NCBI RefSeq assembly: GCF_022846255.1
Contig: NZ_AP025682.1
Length of the DNA stretch: 64,000 bases
Source: Escherichia coli
GTDB taxonomy: Bacteria > Pseudomonadota > Gammaproteobacteria > Enterobacterales > Enterobacteriaceae
Strand: one strand, 5' to 3'
A program made the position numbers and the translations under genes. Shown piece by piece: positions 17,750-30,672 of this stretch. Every line of letters starts with the position of its first letter. The stretch's first letter is position 1. The notes beneath the pieces were generated by a model. The model was not told the DNA's origin. It was given only the letters and a program-made list of their open reading frames with translations, and ran no database searches.

Positions 17750-18907
17750 CTACCGCTCTTCATCCAGTTGCAACGCGACATACAGCAGCAACCTGTCATC
17801 AAAATTGCCCAAATCCAGCCCGGTCAGTTCCGATATGCGATTAAGCCGATACTCCAGGGTATTACGATGAATAAACAGCGCCTTTGACGTTGCCAGCGGC
17901 TGCACGTTATGGCGAAACCACGCCGCCAGCGTACGTCGCAGCAAGCCGTTATTATCCATCGCTTTCAGCCGCGCCAGCGGTCGCGCCAGTTCGTTGGCCT
18001 GCCAGTCGCCACGCAAACTGTCGAGTAACACAGGCAACATCAGATCCTGATAAAAATAGCAGCGACTTTCTGGCATCCGCTGTTTACCCACCACCATCGT
18101 CGTTTTCGCCGTACGATAGGATCGGGCAATACTGCCAGGACCGGTAAAATAGTTGCCCAGCGAAACGCGAAAACGCAGCTGGCCGTACTCTTTCATGCGG
18201 GTAATGAGTTGTTCAACTCGCTTACGATGATCTTCTGCATCCCAGCGCCCAAAAGAGTTCAACGCCGGTTTCAACACCACCATTTCGGTCAGCGAAACAA
18301 TTGCCACCAGATTATTACGCTCGGGCGTAGTCAGCGCGTTTTGCAGTTGCTGTAACTCCGCCATTGCGCTGTCCACGCCAAGCTGACCGCTGTCGACCTC
18401 AACAATAGCCACCACTCGCGGTTGATTGAGATCGATCCCCAGCCGTTGCGCCCATTCCGTAAGTGCGGGAGTATTCTCCTCAGCCTGAATCAGGTTCATC
18501 ACCAGTTCCTCCCGCAAACGGCTATCCTGCGCCAACAGGTGCATCAACCGAGACTGTTCCAGCATCATTTCAGCCGTCATGCAGACCAGTTCGCCATATT
18601 TACGCAGGTTCTCTGGTTCACCAGTCAGGCCAATTACGCCGACAATTTCACCTTCCAGCCGTAACGGCAGATTAATCCCCTGCCGCACACCGTGCAGATG
18701 ACGTGCCACCGCGTCATCAATATCGACGACTCGTCCCTGTGAAAGTACCAGCAATGCTCCTTCGTGCAATTCACCAATACGCTCACGATCGCCGCTGCCG
18801 ATAATTCGCCCGCGGGCATCCATTACGTTGATATTGGTATCGATGATGCGCATGGTACGTGCCACGATATCCTGCGCCATTTTGGTATCAAGATGCCAGC
18901 CAGCCAT
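17750..18907 (-). CDS. cdaR: carbohydrate diacid regulator CdaR (SdaR)
   Basis: ORF track 391 aa; likely start at Met7 (MAGWHLDTKMAQDIVARTMRIIDTNINVMDARGRII), 385 aa; C-terminal PucR-type HTH. Confidence 0.9.
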   Translation of the reverse strand: MAGWHLDTKMAQDIVARTMRIIDTNINVMDARGRIIGSGDRERIGELHEGALLVLSQGRVVDIDDAVARHLHGVRQGINLPLRLEGEIVGVIGLTGEPENLRKYGELVCMTAEMMLEQSRLMHLLAQDSRLREELVMNLIQAEENTPALTEWAQRLGIDLNQPRVVAIVEVDSGQLGVDSAMAELQQLQNALTTPERNNLVAIVSLTEMVVLKPALNSFGRWDAEDHRKRVEQLITRMKEYGQLRFRVSLGNYFTGPGSIARSYRTAKTTMVVGKQRMPESRCYFYQDLMLPVLLDSLRGDWQANELARPLARLKAMDNNGLLRRTLAAWFRHNVQPLATSKALFIHRNTLEYRLNRISELTGLDLGNFDDRLLLYVALQLDEER

Positions 18908-19061
18908 AAGTCCTCCATTATGCACGGCTTAGCATAAGGAAGTACGTAACGTACGGCATTGTGCAAATGCCCAAAGGATGATGAAGATGTATGGAGTTGT
19001 GGTGAAGTTCACAGATTGTAAGGAGAACCCCTTCCCGTTTTCAGGAAGGGGTTGAGGGAGA

Positions 19062-20486
19062 TTACTGCATTAACAGGTAGATGGTGCTGTCGCCGCGCTG
19101 AATGTTCAGTGCCAGCACAGACGGTTTGCTGTCGAGAACTTTACGCAGTTCAGCGATGTTTTTCACTGCCTGCTGGTTCGCGCCAATAATCACATCACCT
19201 TTCTTCAGGCCGATCTGCGCAGCCGGAGTGCCCGTTTTCACGTTGTTCACCACCACGCCCTGATCTTTGCCTTTGTTACTCATCTCAGCGCCTTCAATGC
19301 CGTTGAAGATGGTGCTGGAATCAACCTGATTCTGGCTGCTCTGCTGAAGTTCCAGGTTCACGTTAACCTGCTTCCCGTCGCGCAGTAAGCCCAGGGTCAG
19401 TTTGCTACCTACCGGCATAGTGCCCACCTGAGCACGCAGTGCGGCAAAGCTGCTGATTGGCTTACCGTTCAGTGAGGTGATCACATCACCCGCTTTAATG
19501 CCCGCTTTCGCGGCGGAAGAATTCGGCAGAACCTGGCTTACGAAAGCACCGCGCTGGGCGTCAACTTTCATCGCTTTCGCCAGATCGGAGTTCAGCTCAG
19601 TGCCCATAATACCCAACTCACCGCGTTTCACCTGGCCGTATTCCACCATCTGCGAGGTCAGGTTTTTCACCATGTTGCTCGGGATAGCAAAACCGATACC
19701 GATGTTGCCGCCGTCCGGTGCGAGGATCGCGGTGTTGATACCGATCAGTTCACCGTTCAGGTTAACCAGCGCACCACCGGAGTTACCACGGTTGATCGCT
19801 GCATCGGTCTGGATGAAGTTTTCGTAGTTTTCGGCATTCAGGCCGCTACGCCCCAGCGCAGAGACAATCCCGGAAGTTACCGTCTCGCCCAGACCAAACG
19901 GGTTACCAATCGCTACGGTGTAATCACCCACGCGCAGTGCATCAGAATCCGCCATCTTAATTGCGGTCAGGTTTTTCGGGTTCTGGATCTGGATCAGCGC
20001 GATATCAGAGCGCGGATCTTTGCCAACCATCTTCGCGTCGAACTTACGGCCATCGCTCAGTTGGACTTTAATCACCGTCGCGTTATCAACAACGTGGTTG
20101 TTGGTGACGACATAGCCTTTATCGGCATCAATGATGACGCCGGAACCCAGCGCCATGAATTTCTGTTGCTGGCCGCCACCATTACCGCCCTGGCCCCCCT
20201 GGCAGAACGGAGAACTCTGGAACGGAGAACCTTCCTGGCAGAACGGAGAATCATCACCGAAGAACTGCTGGAAATTACGCGGCATACGCGGCGTATTAAC
20301 GGTTGTGCTACCTTCTACGTTAATGCTGACCACTGAAGGCATCACCTTTTCGAGCATCGGTGCAAGGCTTGGCATCTGCTGGGCTGTCGTTGCTGAAGAA
20401 GTCTCAGCCGCCGTTGCAGAGAGCGGAGATAACGCCAAACCTAAACTCAGAGCCAGTGCACTCAGTGCTAATGTGGTTTTTTTCAT
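19062..20486 (-). CDS. degP: periplasmic serine endoprotease/chaperone DegP (HtrA)
   Basis: 474 aa ORF MKKTTLALSALALSLGLALSPLSATAAETSS; trypsin-like domain plus two PDZ domains. Confidence 0.96.
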   Translation of the reverse strand: MKKTTLALSALALSLGLALSPLSATAAETSSATTAQQMPSLAPMLEKVMPSVVSINVEGSTTVNTPRMPRNFQQFFGDDSPFCQEGSPFQSSPFCQGGQGGNGGGQQQKFMALGSGVIIDADKGYVVTNNHVVDNATVIKVQLSDGRKFDAKMVGKDPRSDIALIQIQNPKNLTAIKMADSDALRVGDYTVAIGNPFGLGETVTSGIVSALGRSGLNAENYENFIQTDAAINRGNSGGALVNLNGELIGINTAILAPDGGNIGIGFAIPSNMVKNLTSQMVEYGQVKRGELGIMGTELNSDLAKAMKVDAQRGAFVSQVLPNSSAAKAGIKAGDVITSLNGKPISSFAALRAQVGTMPVGSKLTLGLLRDGKQVNVNLELQQSSQNQVDSSTIFNGIEGAEMSNKGKDQGVVVNNVKTGTPAAQIGLKKGDVIIGANQQAVKNIAELRKVLDSKPSVLALNIQRGDSTIYLLMQ

Positions 20487-20529
20487 GTATTTCAGTCTCG
20501 ATTAACAGATAACGCAAAATTGCTGTGTT

Positions 20530-20560
20530 CTTCAGATTCGTTTTATAGCGCGAAGTTCCG
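20530..20560 (-). promoter_or_regulatory. sigma-E dependent degP promoter (GGAACTT -35, N16, TCTGA -10)
   Basis: Reverse complement of about 20530-20560 reads GGAACTTCGCGCTATAAAACGAATCTGAAG, matching the sigma-E consensus and the published degP promoter; GTAAA-type motifs (possible CpxR sites) lie just upstream at about 20575-20610. Confidence 0.75.
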
Positions 20561-20615
20561 AACTAAAGTTTCTGCAAAAGGTAAAAATTTATTGTTCGTC
20601 TTTACAAAAGCCTGG

Positions 20616-22133
20616 TTATTGTTCTACGGCCATCAGACGTCGGTATTCATCCCACGCATAGAGGTCGGTCATACCGCTGATATAATCCTGCAGCAGGCGG
20701 CAACGGTAATAATATTCCCATAGCGGAAACTCAGGAGAATCTGACGGTAATTTACTGACAGCCTCGACATAGGCCAGCCGATGGCGCGTCGAGAGTTTGT
20801 GGAATAAGCGCGTTTCAATAGGGAAACGTTTCACCCGTTCTTTTTCTACCAGTTCAGTAAAGTCTGATAACGACAGGTTTAATAAAGGACGATAAATCTC
20901 TAATAATCCGCTAATGACCCGATAGCCCTGCAATTCAAGCTGCTCGACATCTGGATGGCTAAACACATGTTTTACAGCGACATTTTTATATAGCTTAAGA
21001 AGATCGCTGCATTCGCTGGCATCTTCCAATAATGCATGATTAAACGTTCCGGCGAAAATCGCAGGCAGATTATCAATAAATCGTTGTGCCGCGTAGGGTA
21101 CCAGTTTATTTAGGGTGTTTACCCGTAAATACATAAAAAACTGATCTTCCGTACTGCGGCTTAAACTATTTGAGCGTGATTTTTCCCAGGCATTTTCAAC
21201 CACCAGCGAAAAGAGCGAACCTTTCTCATGCTGGCCCCACGCCTCGTGCAAATGATGATAAAGCTGCTCAACGGTAAATATTCTTTTCTCTACCGCATCT
21301 TCAAGATCTGCCACACAATAGGAGATGTCGTCGGCAGCTTCCATAATCCACGTTAATGGAAAACGACTGTAAAGCGCCAAATTAAGTTCTTTACGCAACC
21401 GGGCAATATAGGCTTCCTCAGAAAGATAATAACCCGGCTTTTTCATTAAATAGTGATGTGTCTCAGGCGTTTCACCACGCCACCACGCCGGACGAGTATA
21501 TTTTAAAATACCGCCAACCTGTGCCCAGGTGAGATTCATCCGCATCAATGTATGCACCAGACGAATGCCTTGTGCATTCCCCTCAAAATGACATAAGTCC
21601 TGACGTATTTTGCGCCGCAGCTCGTTAAGCGGTTCTTCCCCGTCCCGTAAACGTAGTGCTGCCACGCTGCAGCGATCGTCAGTCAGAGGCTGGCTTTCGG
21701 CATCTTCCGGGTGCAAACGCTGGCGAAACCAGTCATTTATCGCCGCTTCGCCAAAATGACCAAACGGCGGATTGCCGATATCGTGCATCAGGCATGACAT
21801 CTCAACAATGCTTTCAAAGGGCCCGGTCAGTTCATCGAGACCATACGCCTCCAGTAATTTAAGCTCTTTCAGGCGGCTTAAAATCTCTTTAGCGATATAA
21901 CGCCCCACCTGCTGGACTTCCATCGAGTGGGTAAGACGCGTGCGCACGGCGGCATTGCGCTCCAGTGGAAAAACCTGGGTCTTTTGTTGCAGACGACGAA
22001 TTGCCGGAGAGTTGATGATACGCCCGCGATCGCTCTCGAAGATCCGCAGGATCTCATGTTCGGTTTTAACGCCCTGTGGTGAACGGTAACGACGATGCCA
22101 GTTTATTTTTTTTCGGAAATCAATCTGTGCCAT
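20616..22133 (-). CDS. dgt: deoxyguanosinetriphosphate triphosphohydrolase
   Basis: 505 aa [61 protein letters not shown] domain. Confidence 0.95.
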   Translation of the reverse strand: MAQIDFRKKINWHRRYRSPQGVKTEHEILRIFESDRGRIINSPAIRRLQQKTQVFPLERNAAVRTRLTHSMEVQQVGRYIAKEILSRLKELKLLEAYGLDELTGPFESIVEMSCLMHDIGNPPFGHFGEAAINDWFRQRLHPEDAESQPLTDDRCSVAALRLRDGEEPLNELRRKIRQDLCHFEGNAQGIRLVHTLMRMNLTWAQVGGILKYTRPAWWRGETPETHHYLMKKPGYYLSEEAYIARLRKELNLALYSRFPLTWIMEAADDISYCVADLEDAVEKRIFTVEQLYHHLHEAWGQHEKGSLFSLVVENAWEKSRSNSLSRSTEDQFFMYLRVNTLNKLVPYAAQRFIDNLPAIFAGTFNHALLEDASECSDLLKLYKNVAVKHVFSHPDVEQLELQGYRVISGLLEIYRPLLNLSLSDFTELVEKERVKRFPIETRLFHKLSTRHRLAYVEAVSKLPSDSPEFPLWEYYYRCRLLQDYISGMTDLYAWDEYRRLMAVEQ

Positions 22134-22216
22134 GTCCTCTCCCGCGTGAGAAATACGCTTCCCCGTAAGCGCATGGTAAACTATGCCTTCAAATCGGGCT
22201 TATCGCGAGTAAATCT

Positions 22217-22915
22217 ATGAAAATCGGCATCATTGGTGCAATGGAAGAAGAAGTTACGCTGCTGCGTGACAAAATCGAAAACCGTCAAACTATCAGTCTG
22301 GGCGGTTGCGAAATCTATACCGGCCAACTGAATGGAACCGAGGTTGCGCTTCTGAAATCGGGCATCGGTAAAGTCGCTGCGGCGCTGGGTGCCACTCTGC
22401 TGTTGGAACACTGCAAGCCAGATGTGATTATTAACACCGGTTCTGCCGGTGGCCTGGCACCAACGCTGAAAGTGGGCGATATCGTTGTCTCGGACGAAGC
22501 TCGTTATCACGACGCGGATGTCACGGCATTTGGTTATGAATACGGCCAGTTACCAGGCTGCCCGGCAGGCTTTAAAGCTGACGATAAACTGATCGCTGCC
22601 GCTGAGGCCTGCATTGCCGAACTGAATCTTAACGCTGTACGTGGCCTGATTGTTAGCGGCGACGCATTCATCAACGGTTCTGTTGGTCTGGCGAAAATCC
22701 GCCACAACTTCCCACAGGCCATTGCTGTAGAGATGGAAGCGACGGCAATCGCCCATGTCTGCCACAATTTCAACGTCCCGTTTGTCGTAGTACGCGCCAT
22801 CTCCGACGTGGCCGATCAACAGTCTCATCTTAGCTTCGATGAGTTCCTGGCTGTTGCCGCTAAACAGTCCAGCCTGATGGTTGAGTCACTGGTGCAGAAA
22901 CTGGCACATGGCTAA
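22217..22915 (+). CDS. mtn: 5'-methylthioadenosine/S-adenosylhomocysteine nucleosidase
   Basis: 232 aa [43 protein letters not shown]. Confidence 0.96.
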   Translation: MKIGIIGAMEEEVTLLRDKIENRQTISLGGCEIYTGQLNGTEVALLKSGIGKVAAALGATLLLEHCKPDVIINTGSAGGLAPTLKVGDIVVSDEARYHDADVTAFGYEYGQLPGCPAGFKADDKLIAAAEACIAELNLNAVRGLIVSGDAFINGSVGLAKIRHNFPQAIAVEMEATAIAHVCHNFNVPFVVVRAISDVADQQSHLSFDEFLAVAAKQSSLMVESLVQKLAHG

Positions 22916-23708
22916 GTCACTGTTCAGGGCGCTGGTCGCCCTGTCTTTTCTTGCGCCACTGTGGCTCAACGCCGCGCCGCGCGTCATCACGCTTTCTCCC
23001 GCCAACACTGAACTTGCCTTTGCCGCCGGGATCACGCCGGTTGGGGTCAGCAGCTATTCCGACTATCCTCCACAAGCGCAAAAGATTGAGCAGGTTTCCA
23101 CCTGGCAGGGGATGAATCTGGAACGCATTGTGGCGCTGAAACCCGATCTGGTGATTGCCTGGCGTGGAGGTAATGCCGAGCGGCAGGTTGACCAGCTGGC
23201 TTCTCTGGGAATAAAAGTGATGTGGGTCGATGCGACAAGCATTGAACAAATTGCCAATGCGTTACGTCAACTGGCCCCCTGGAGTCCGCAACCAGACAAG
23301 GCCGAACAAGCCGCGCAATCCCTGCTGGACCAGTACGCGCAATTGAAAGCGCAATATGCTGATAAACCTAAAAAACGTGTTTTTCTGCAATTCGGCATTA
23401 ATCCGCCATTTACCAGTGGAAAAGAGTCGATTCAGAACCAGGTACTCGAAGTTTGTGGCGGAGAAAACATCTTTAAAGATAGCCGGGTTCCCTGGCCGCA
23501 AGTTAGCCGCGAACAGGTGTTAGCACGCGCGCCACAGGCGATTGTCATTACAGGCGGACCGGACCAAATTCCTAAAATCAAACAATACTGGGGTGAACAG
23601 CTCAAAATTCCCGTTATTCCTCTCACGAGTGACTGGTTTGAACGTGCAAGCCCACGTATTATCCTCGCTGCACAACAGCTCTGTAATGCGCTTTCACAGG
23701 TAGATTAG
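22908..23708 (+). CDS. btuF: vitamin B12 periplasmic binding protein BtuF
   Basis: ORF track 275 aa; canonical start at internal Met [31 protein letters not shown] gives 266 aa; overlaps end of mtn by 8 bp. Confidence 0.93.
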   Translation: MAKSLFRALVALSFLAPLWLNAAPRVITLSPANTELAFAAGITPVGVSSYSDYPPQAQKIEQVSTWQGMNLERIVALKPDLVIAWRGGNAERQVDQLASLGIKVMWVDATSIEQIANALRQLAPWSPQPDKAEQAAQSLLDQYAQLKAQYADKPKKRVFLQFGINPPFTSGKESIQNQVLEVCGGENIFKDSRVPWPQVSREQVLARAPQAIVITGGPDQIPKIKQYWGEQLKIPVIPLTSDWFERASPRIILAAQQLCNALSQVD

Positions 23709-23745
23709 TGCCTGACCTTTTCAGGTGCTCAGTGGGGATTGAACA

Positions 23746-24369
23746 ATGCTCGTCTATTGGCTGGATATAGTCGGCACAGCGGTATTTGCTATCTCTGGCG
23801 TTTTGTTAGCCGGAAAATTGCGTATGGACCCTTTTGGTGTTCTGGTATTGGGCGTGGTTACCGCAGTAGGCGGCGGAACAATTCGCGACATGGCGCTGGA
23901 TCACGGCCCGGTATTTTGGGTGAAAGATCCCACCGATCTGGTCGTTGCAATGGTCACCAGCATGCTGACCATCGTGCTGGTGCGCCAGCCAAGACGCTTA
24001 CCAAAATGGATGTTGCCGGTGCTGGACGCCGTTGGTCTGGCGGTGTTTGTCGGCATTGGCGTGAATAAAGCCTTTAATGCGGAAGCCGGTCCGTTAATCG
24101 CGGTTTGTATGGGCGTCATTACTGGCGTTGGCGGCGGGATCATTCGTGATGTACTGGCCCGCGAAATCCCCATGATTTTACGTACAGAAATCTACGCAAC
24201 TGCCTGTATTATCGGCGGTATTGTCCACGCTACGGCTTATTACACATTTTCCGTACCACTGGAAACAGCCAGTATGATGGGCATGGTCGTGACGCTATTG
24301 ATTCGGCTGGCGGCTATTCGTTGGCATCTTAAGCTACCGACGTTTGCGCTGGATGAGAATGGTCGTTGA
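23746..24369 (+). CDS. yadS: UPF0126 inner membrane protein YadS
   Basis: 207 aa hydrophobic ORF MLVYWLDIVGTAVFAISGVLLAGKLRMDPFGVLVLGVVTAVGGGTIRD, duplicated glycine-rich motif. Confidence 0.88.
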   Translation: MLVYWLDIVGTAVFAISGVLLAGKLRMDPFGVLVLGVVTAVGGGTIRDMALDHGPVFWVKDPTDLVVAMVTSMLTIVLVRQPRRLPKWMLPVLDAVGLAVFVGIGVNKAFNAEAGPLIAVCMGVITGVGGGIIRDVLAREIPMILRTEIYATACIIGGIVHATAYYTFSVPLETASMMGMVVTLLIRLAAIRWHLKLPTFALDENGR

Positions 24370-24374
24370 AGAGA

Positions 24375-24408
24375 GAAGATGTGCCGGATAGTTTATCCGG
24401 CACATGAA
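24375..24408. terminator. bidirectional terminator between convergent yadS and erpA
   Basis: Palindrome TGTGCCGGATA...TATCCGGCACA between the two stop codons. Confidence 0.6.
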
Positions 24409-24415
24409 CAGCAGA

Positions 24416-24760
24416 TTAGATACTAAAGGAAGAACCGCAACCGCAGGTGCTTTTCGCGTTCGGGTTGGTCACGATGAAACGAGAACCTTCCAGACCTTCG
24501 GTATAGTCAACGGAGCCGCCGACCAGATATTGCAGGCTCATCGGATCAACCACCAGGCCAACGCCCTGTTTTTCGATGGTCATATCGCCTTCGTTCACCT
24601 GATCATCAAAGGTGAAACCATACTGGAAGCCGCTGCAACCGCCACCGGTGATATACACGCGTAATTTCAGATTCGGGTTATCTTCGTCAGCGATCAGGCT
24701 TTTAACTTTGTTGGCTGCTGCGTCGGTAAACTCCAGCGGCAGTGCTACGTCATCACTCAT
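24416..24760 (-). CDS. erpA: iron-sulfur cluster insertion protein ErpA (A-type carrier)
   Basis: ORF track 125 aa; canonical start at Met12 [49 protein letters not shown], 114 aa, C-terminal CGCGSSF motif. Confidence 0.94.
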
Positions 24761-24841
24761 ATTTTGCTCCAAACGACATCGGCAATTGGGCAAATTCTAA
24801 CCCAATAATAATCGCCATTATCTAATACCCTGGTATTTCGT

Positions 24842-26281
<1,440 letters not shown>

Positions 26282-26487
26282 TCATACAAATAAGATGACG
26301 GCATTTTACTCGCACGTTCCATGAAAATCCTTTGCAAAGCGTAATGTTTCAAATGCACAAAACTTTTATACTCTAAGAAATCAGGATTGCACCAGTACAA
26401 GCAGCCTGATGTTTGACGAGTATTTAACTTGTTATGAATAACATAGAATAGCAGCCATTCACTTTTTCTACGAATCAGGAACCCTCC

Positions 26488-27768
26488 ATGAGTAAGTCTG
26501 AAAATCTTTACAGCGCAGCGCGCGAGCTGATCCCTGGCGGCGTGAACTCCCCTGTTCGCGCCTTTACTGGCGTGGGCGGCACTCCACTGTTTATCGAAAA
26601 AGCGGACGGCGCTTATCTGTACGATGTTGATGGCAAAGCCTATATCGATTATGTCGGTTCCTGGGGGCCGATGGTGCTGGGCCATAACCATCCGGCGATC
26701 CGCAATGCCGTGATTGAAGCCGCCGAGCGTGGTTTAAGCTTTGGTGCACCAACCGAAATGGAAGTGAAAATGGCGCAACTGGTGACCGAACTGGTCCCGA
26801 CCATGGATATGGTGCGCATGGTGAACTCCGGCACTGAAGCGACGATGAGCGCCATCCGCCTGGCCCGTGGTTTTACCGGTCGCGACAAAATTATTAAATT
26901 TGAAGGTTGTTACCACGGTCACGCTGACTGCCTGCTGGTGAAAGCCGGTTCTGGCGCACTCACGTTAGGCCAGCCAAATTCGCCGGGCGTTCCGGCAGAT
27001 TTCGCCAAACATACCTTAACCTGTACTTATAACGATCTGGCCTCTGTACGCGCCGCGTTTGAGCAATACCCGCAAGAGATTGCCTGTATTATCGTCGAGC
27101 CGGTGGCAGGCAATATGAACTGCGTTCCACCGCTGCCAGAGTTCCTGCCAGGTCTGCGCGCGCTGTGCGACGAATTTGGCGCGTTGCTGATCATCGATGA
27201 AGTGATGACCGGTTTCCGCGTAGCGCTAGCTGGCGCACAGGATTATTACGGTGTGGAACCGGATCTCACCTGCCTCGGCAAAATCATCGGCGGTGGAATG
27301 CCGGTAGGCGCATTCGGTGGTCGTCGTGATGTAATGGATGCGCTGGCCCCGACCGGTCCGGTCTATCAGGCGGGTACGCTTTCCGGTAACCCGATTGCGA
27401 TGGCTGCTGGTTTCGCCTGTCTGAATGAAGTCGCACAGCCGGGCGTTCACGAGACGCTGGATGAGCTGACAACACGTCTGGCAGAAGGTCTGCGGGAAGC
27501 GGCAGAAGAAGCCGGAATTCCGCTGGTGGTAAACCACGTTGGCGGCATGTTCGGTATTTTCTTTACCGACGCCGAGTCCGTGACGTGCTATCAGGATGTG
27601 ATGGCCTGTGACGTGGAACGTTTTAAGCGTTTCTTCCATATGATGCTGGACGAAGGTGTTTATCTGGCACCGTCAGCGTTTGAAGCGGGCTTTATGTCTG
27701 TGGCGCACAGCATGGAAGATATCAATAACACCATCGATGCTGCACGTCGGGTGTTTGCGAAGTTGTGA
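26488..27768 (+). CDS. hemL: glutamate-1-semialdehyde 2,1-aminomutase
   Basis: 426 aa [64 protein letters not shown]. Confidence 0.96.
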
Positions 27769-27771
27769 TGA

Positions 27772-27802
27772 TTTTGCCTCGCCCACCGGGCGAGGCATTC
27801 AA
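27772..27802. terminator. bidirectional terminator between convergent hemL and fhuB
   Basis: GCCTCGCCCACCGGGCGAGGC hairpin with flanking T/A runs in the 34 bp spacer. Confidence 0.6.
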
Positions 27803-29785
27803 TTAACGGCTCTGCTTTCTCAACAAATAGATAAAATATGGCGCGCCGATAAAGGTCGACAGCAGCCCCGCGGGGATCTGGAATGGAAACAGCACCATCC
27901 GCCCACACCAGTCAGCGAACACCAGCAGTAAACCACCCACCAGCGCCGAAATTACGATGTGTGGCATCGTCCGTCGAAAGCCCATCATCCGCGCAATATG
28001 CGGTGCCATTAAACCAACAAAACTCAACGGTCCAATGGTCATTGTCGCGGTCGCCGTCAGGCAAGCCGCTAACAGCAGCAGCGCAATTCGCGTCGGCGTC
28101 AGCGCCATCCCCACGGCTCGTGCGGTATCACCACCCAGCGGTAAAATGGTCAGCCAGCGGCGGCACAGCGGGGTAATCGCCAGCAAAATCACCATCACAA
28201 TTCCGGTACGCCAGACCTGCGCATCGGTCGCGTTGTAGGTCGAACCGGAAATCCAGGTCAGAACTTGCGCCATTCGCGGGTCACCACTTGCCTGCAACAT
28301 CATCAAAAGCATGGTGAACGCGGTACTTAACGCCATCCCCGCCAGTAACATGCGGTGTGGGGAAAATCCACCACGTCCGGCGGCGATCATAATGATCAAC
28401 AGCGTCACCGCCGCCCCGAGACTGCCTGCGGGTAACAGCCAGCCAAAGGCATTACCCGGCACCAGAAACAGCATTAACACCACGCCAAACGCCGCGCCGG
28501 AGCTAATCCCCAGCACTTCCGGGCTTGCCATCGGGTTTCCGGTCAGCCGCTGAATAATACAGCCCGCCACCGCCAGCATGACGCCCGCAAACAGCGCAGC
28601 CATAATTCGCGGCCAGCGCCAGGGCATCAAATCCTCGAGCAACGCCCCGCTCGCCCACGTCCAGCCGTGCGCATCACGACCCAACGACAGCGCCACCACC
28701 ACAGCCATCAACAGCAGCACGCCGCCCGCGAGGGCAAACGCCAGCACGTGTTGGCGTTCAGTCGCGACACGATCGTTCACCTTCATATCCGGCGCGCTAA
28801 TGCTGCGTAAACGCGGCAGCAACCACAGTAGCAGCGGCGCACCGATCAACGCAGTGACCGAACCGGTGGACACTTCCATCCACACGCGAGTCAGCCAGAG
28901 GATGATTTGATCAGAAAGCCACAGAATTAACGCACCAATCAGCGATGCCAGCATCAACCGTGGCAACAAACGCCGCGCCCCCAGCATTTTCGCCAGCAGT
29001 GGCGCGAACAACCCGATAAAGCCGATAATCCCCACCGCGTTCACCAGCAGCGCACTGATGACAATCGCCAGCGACAACGCCGCCAGACGAGCGAGCGACA
29101 AGGCCAGCCCGAGATTGCGCGCCACGCCATCATCAAGCCCCATCAGAGTTAACGGGCGAAGTAGCAATAACGTCAGCATCACGCCGCCCAGCAGCTGCGG
29201 CCATAAACGCTCAACGCCGCCCCAGTCGGTTTGCGTCAGTGTTCCGGTGCTCCACAGGAACATGCTTTGCAGTTGGTCATGATGGAAGATAACCAGTAAC
29301 TGATTGATTGCCCCACAATAAAGGCTCACCACCAGCCCCGCGAGGATCAGCGTTACCGGCGAAAGCCGTTTCCCCCACGCGACGCCAAAGACGATTAAGC
29401 CAACAACGCAAGCGCCCGCCAGCGCAGCAAACTGGCTCGCCATCGCGCCGGGGATCGCCCAGAGCGTCGTGACGGTAATCCCCAGTTGCGCGCCTGTAGC
29501 AACGCCCAACGTCGTCGGTTCCGCCAGCGGGTTACGCAGCACTTGCTGAAACAGCACGCCCACCAGCCCCAGGCCCGCGCCCACCAGCAGCGAAATCGCC
29601 AGACGCGGCAGCAAGCTGTAGTGAAAAATCATCTGCTCGATGACGTCAATATCCGGCGACCAGGCGGCCTGCGCCCACTGGCTGCGCGGCAGCGCCTGCG
29701 AGGAGTTCATCCAGGTGAGCGCCGATGCGGCAACCACCAGCAGCGCCAGCAATAACGCCGGGAAAAGCGCAATTCGTTTACTCAC
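27803..29785 (-). CDS. fhuB: ferric hydroxamate ABC transporter permease FhuB (fused double permease)
   Basis: 660 aa ORF MSKRIALFPALLLALLVVAASALTWMNSSQALPRSQWAQ; two FecCD-type halves; overlaps fhuD by 4 bp. Confidence 0.95.
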   Translation of the reverse strand: MSKRIALFPALLLALLVVAASALTWMNSSQALPRSQWAQAAWSPDIDVIEQMIFHYSLLPRLAISLLVGAGLGLVGVLFQQVLRNPLAEPTTLGVATGAQLGITVTTLWAIPGAMASQFAALAGACVVGLIVFGVAWGKRLSPVTLILAGLVVSLYCGAINQLLVIFHHDQLQSMFLWSTGTLTQTDWGGVERLWPQLLGGVMLTLLLLRPLTLMGLDDGVARNLGLALSLARLAALSLAIVISALLVNAVGIIGFIGLFAPLLAKMLGARRLLPRLMLASLIGALILWLSDQIILWLTRVWMEVSTGSVTALIGAPLLLWLLPRLRSISAPDMKVNDRVATERQHVLAFALAGGVLLLMAVVVALSLGRDAHGWTWASGALLEDLMPWRWPRIMAALFAGVMLAVAGCIIQRLTGNPMASPEVLGISSGAAFGVVLMLFLVPGNAFGWLLPAGSLGAAVTLLIIMIAAGRGGFSPHRMLLAGMALSTAFTMLLMMLQASGDPRMAQVLTWISGSTYNATDAQVWRTGIVMVILLAITPLCRRWLTILPLGGDTARAVGMALTPTRIALLLLAACLTATATMTIGPLSFVGLMAPHIARMMGFRRTMPHIVISALVGGLLLVFADWCGRMVLFPFQIPAGLLSTFIGAPYFIYLLRKQSR

Positions 29786-30672
29786 GCTTTACCTCCGATG
29801 GCGTTATCCAGAATACGCACAAAGTGCATTGCCGAAAGCGTCGCGCCATAGAACCAGACCGCCGGAACGCGCTGAAAGCGTCCGGCGCGGACAAACGGCA
29901 TGGCCTGCCACAGCGGGGTTGCCATTAGCGCATTCATGTCTTTGCTGTTGTCGTGATCAAAACAGAGCACATCAACGTCTTTATACGCCGCCAGACGATC
30001 GATACTGACGGCGGTACTGCCCCAGAAGTTGGTTTCCCCTTGCCAGGCATTTGGGATGCCGTACTCATCGAGAATTTCCTGGAACAAGCTGTTTGGACCG
30101 AAGACCAACATATGGCGCGGATCGATAAGCGTCGTCAGCAATAACGGGCGTGCACCACGCTTCACAAAGCGGGGTTTCATGCTGCGGATAAAGTCTTCAT
30201 AGTGCGTTAAATGCGTTTCCGCTGCGCTTTGCAGGTTAAGTAAATCTGCCATTTCCGTCAGTGATTTACGCGCCATCGCCAGTGGCTGTTTGCCGTCGCT
30301 GAAGTTAAATCCGCGCCCCGGCGCAATACGTGCCAGCATTTCTGGTGAAGGGCCATATCCTGCAGACCAGACCATAAACGACGGTTTCATTTCGGTCAGC
30401 AGTTCAAGGTTGGGTTCTGTACGCAAACCAACGTCAATCACTGAGTCCGGCAATGGCGGTTCGCTGACCCACAGGCGATAGTTGATGGTGTCCGCCACGC
30501 CGTAAGGCACGATGCCGAGCGCCAGCAGTAACTCCACCGGCAACCACTCCAGTGCCACAATACGATTGGGATCAATAACTGCCGCGTGGGCGGTATTCAT
30601 CTGCCATAAGAACGGAGAAAGCGCCATCGCCGTTAACAGTCGGCGGCGCGAAATAAGAGGTAAGCCGCTCAT
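29782..30672 (-). CDS. fhuD: ferric hydroxamate periplasmic binding protein FhuD
   Basis: ORF track starts MMSGLPLISRRRLLTAMALS (Tat-like signal); second Met gives 296 aa and a 1-nt ATGA overlap with the fhuC stop. Confidence 0.93.
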   Translation of the reverse strand: MSGLPLISRRRLLTAMALSPFLWQMNTAHAAVIDPNRIVALEWLPVELLLALGIVPYGVADTINYRLWVSEPPLPDSVIDVGLRTEPNLELLTEMKPSFMVWSAGYGPSPEMLARIAPGRGFNFSDGKQPLAMARKSLTEMADLLNLQSAAETHLTHYEDFIRSMKPRFVKRGARPLLLTTLIDPRHMLVFGPNSLFQEILDEYGIPNAWQGETNFWGSTAVSIDRLAAYKDVDVLCFDHDNSKDMNALMATPLWQAMPFVRAGRFQRVPAVWFYGATLSAMHFVRILDNAIGGKA

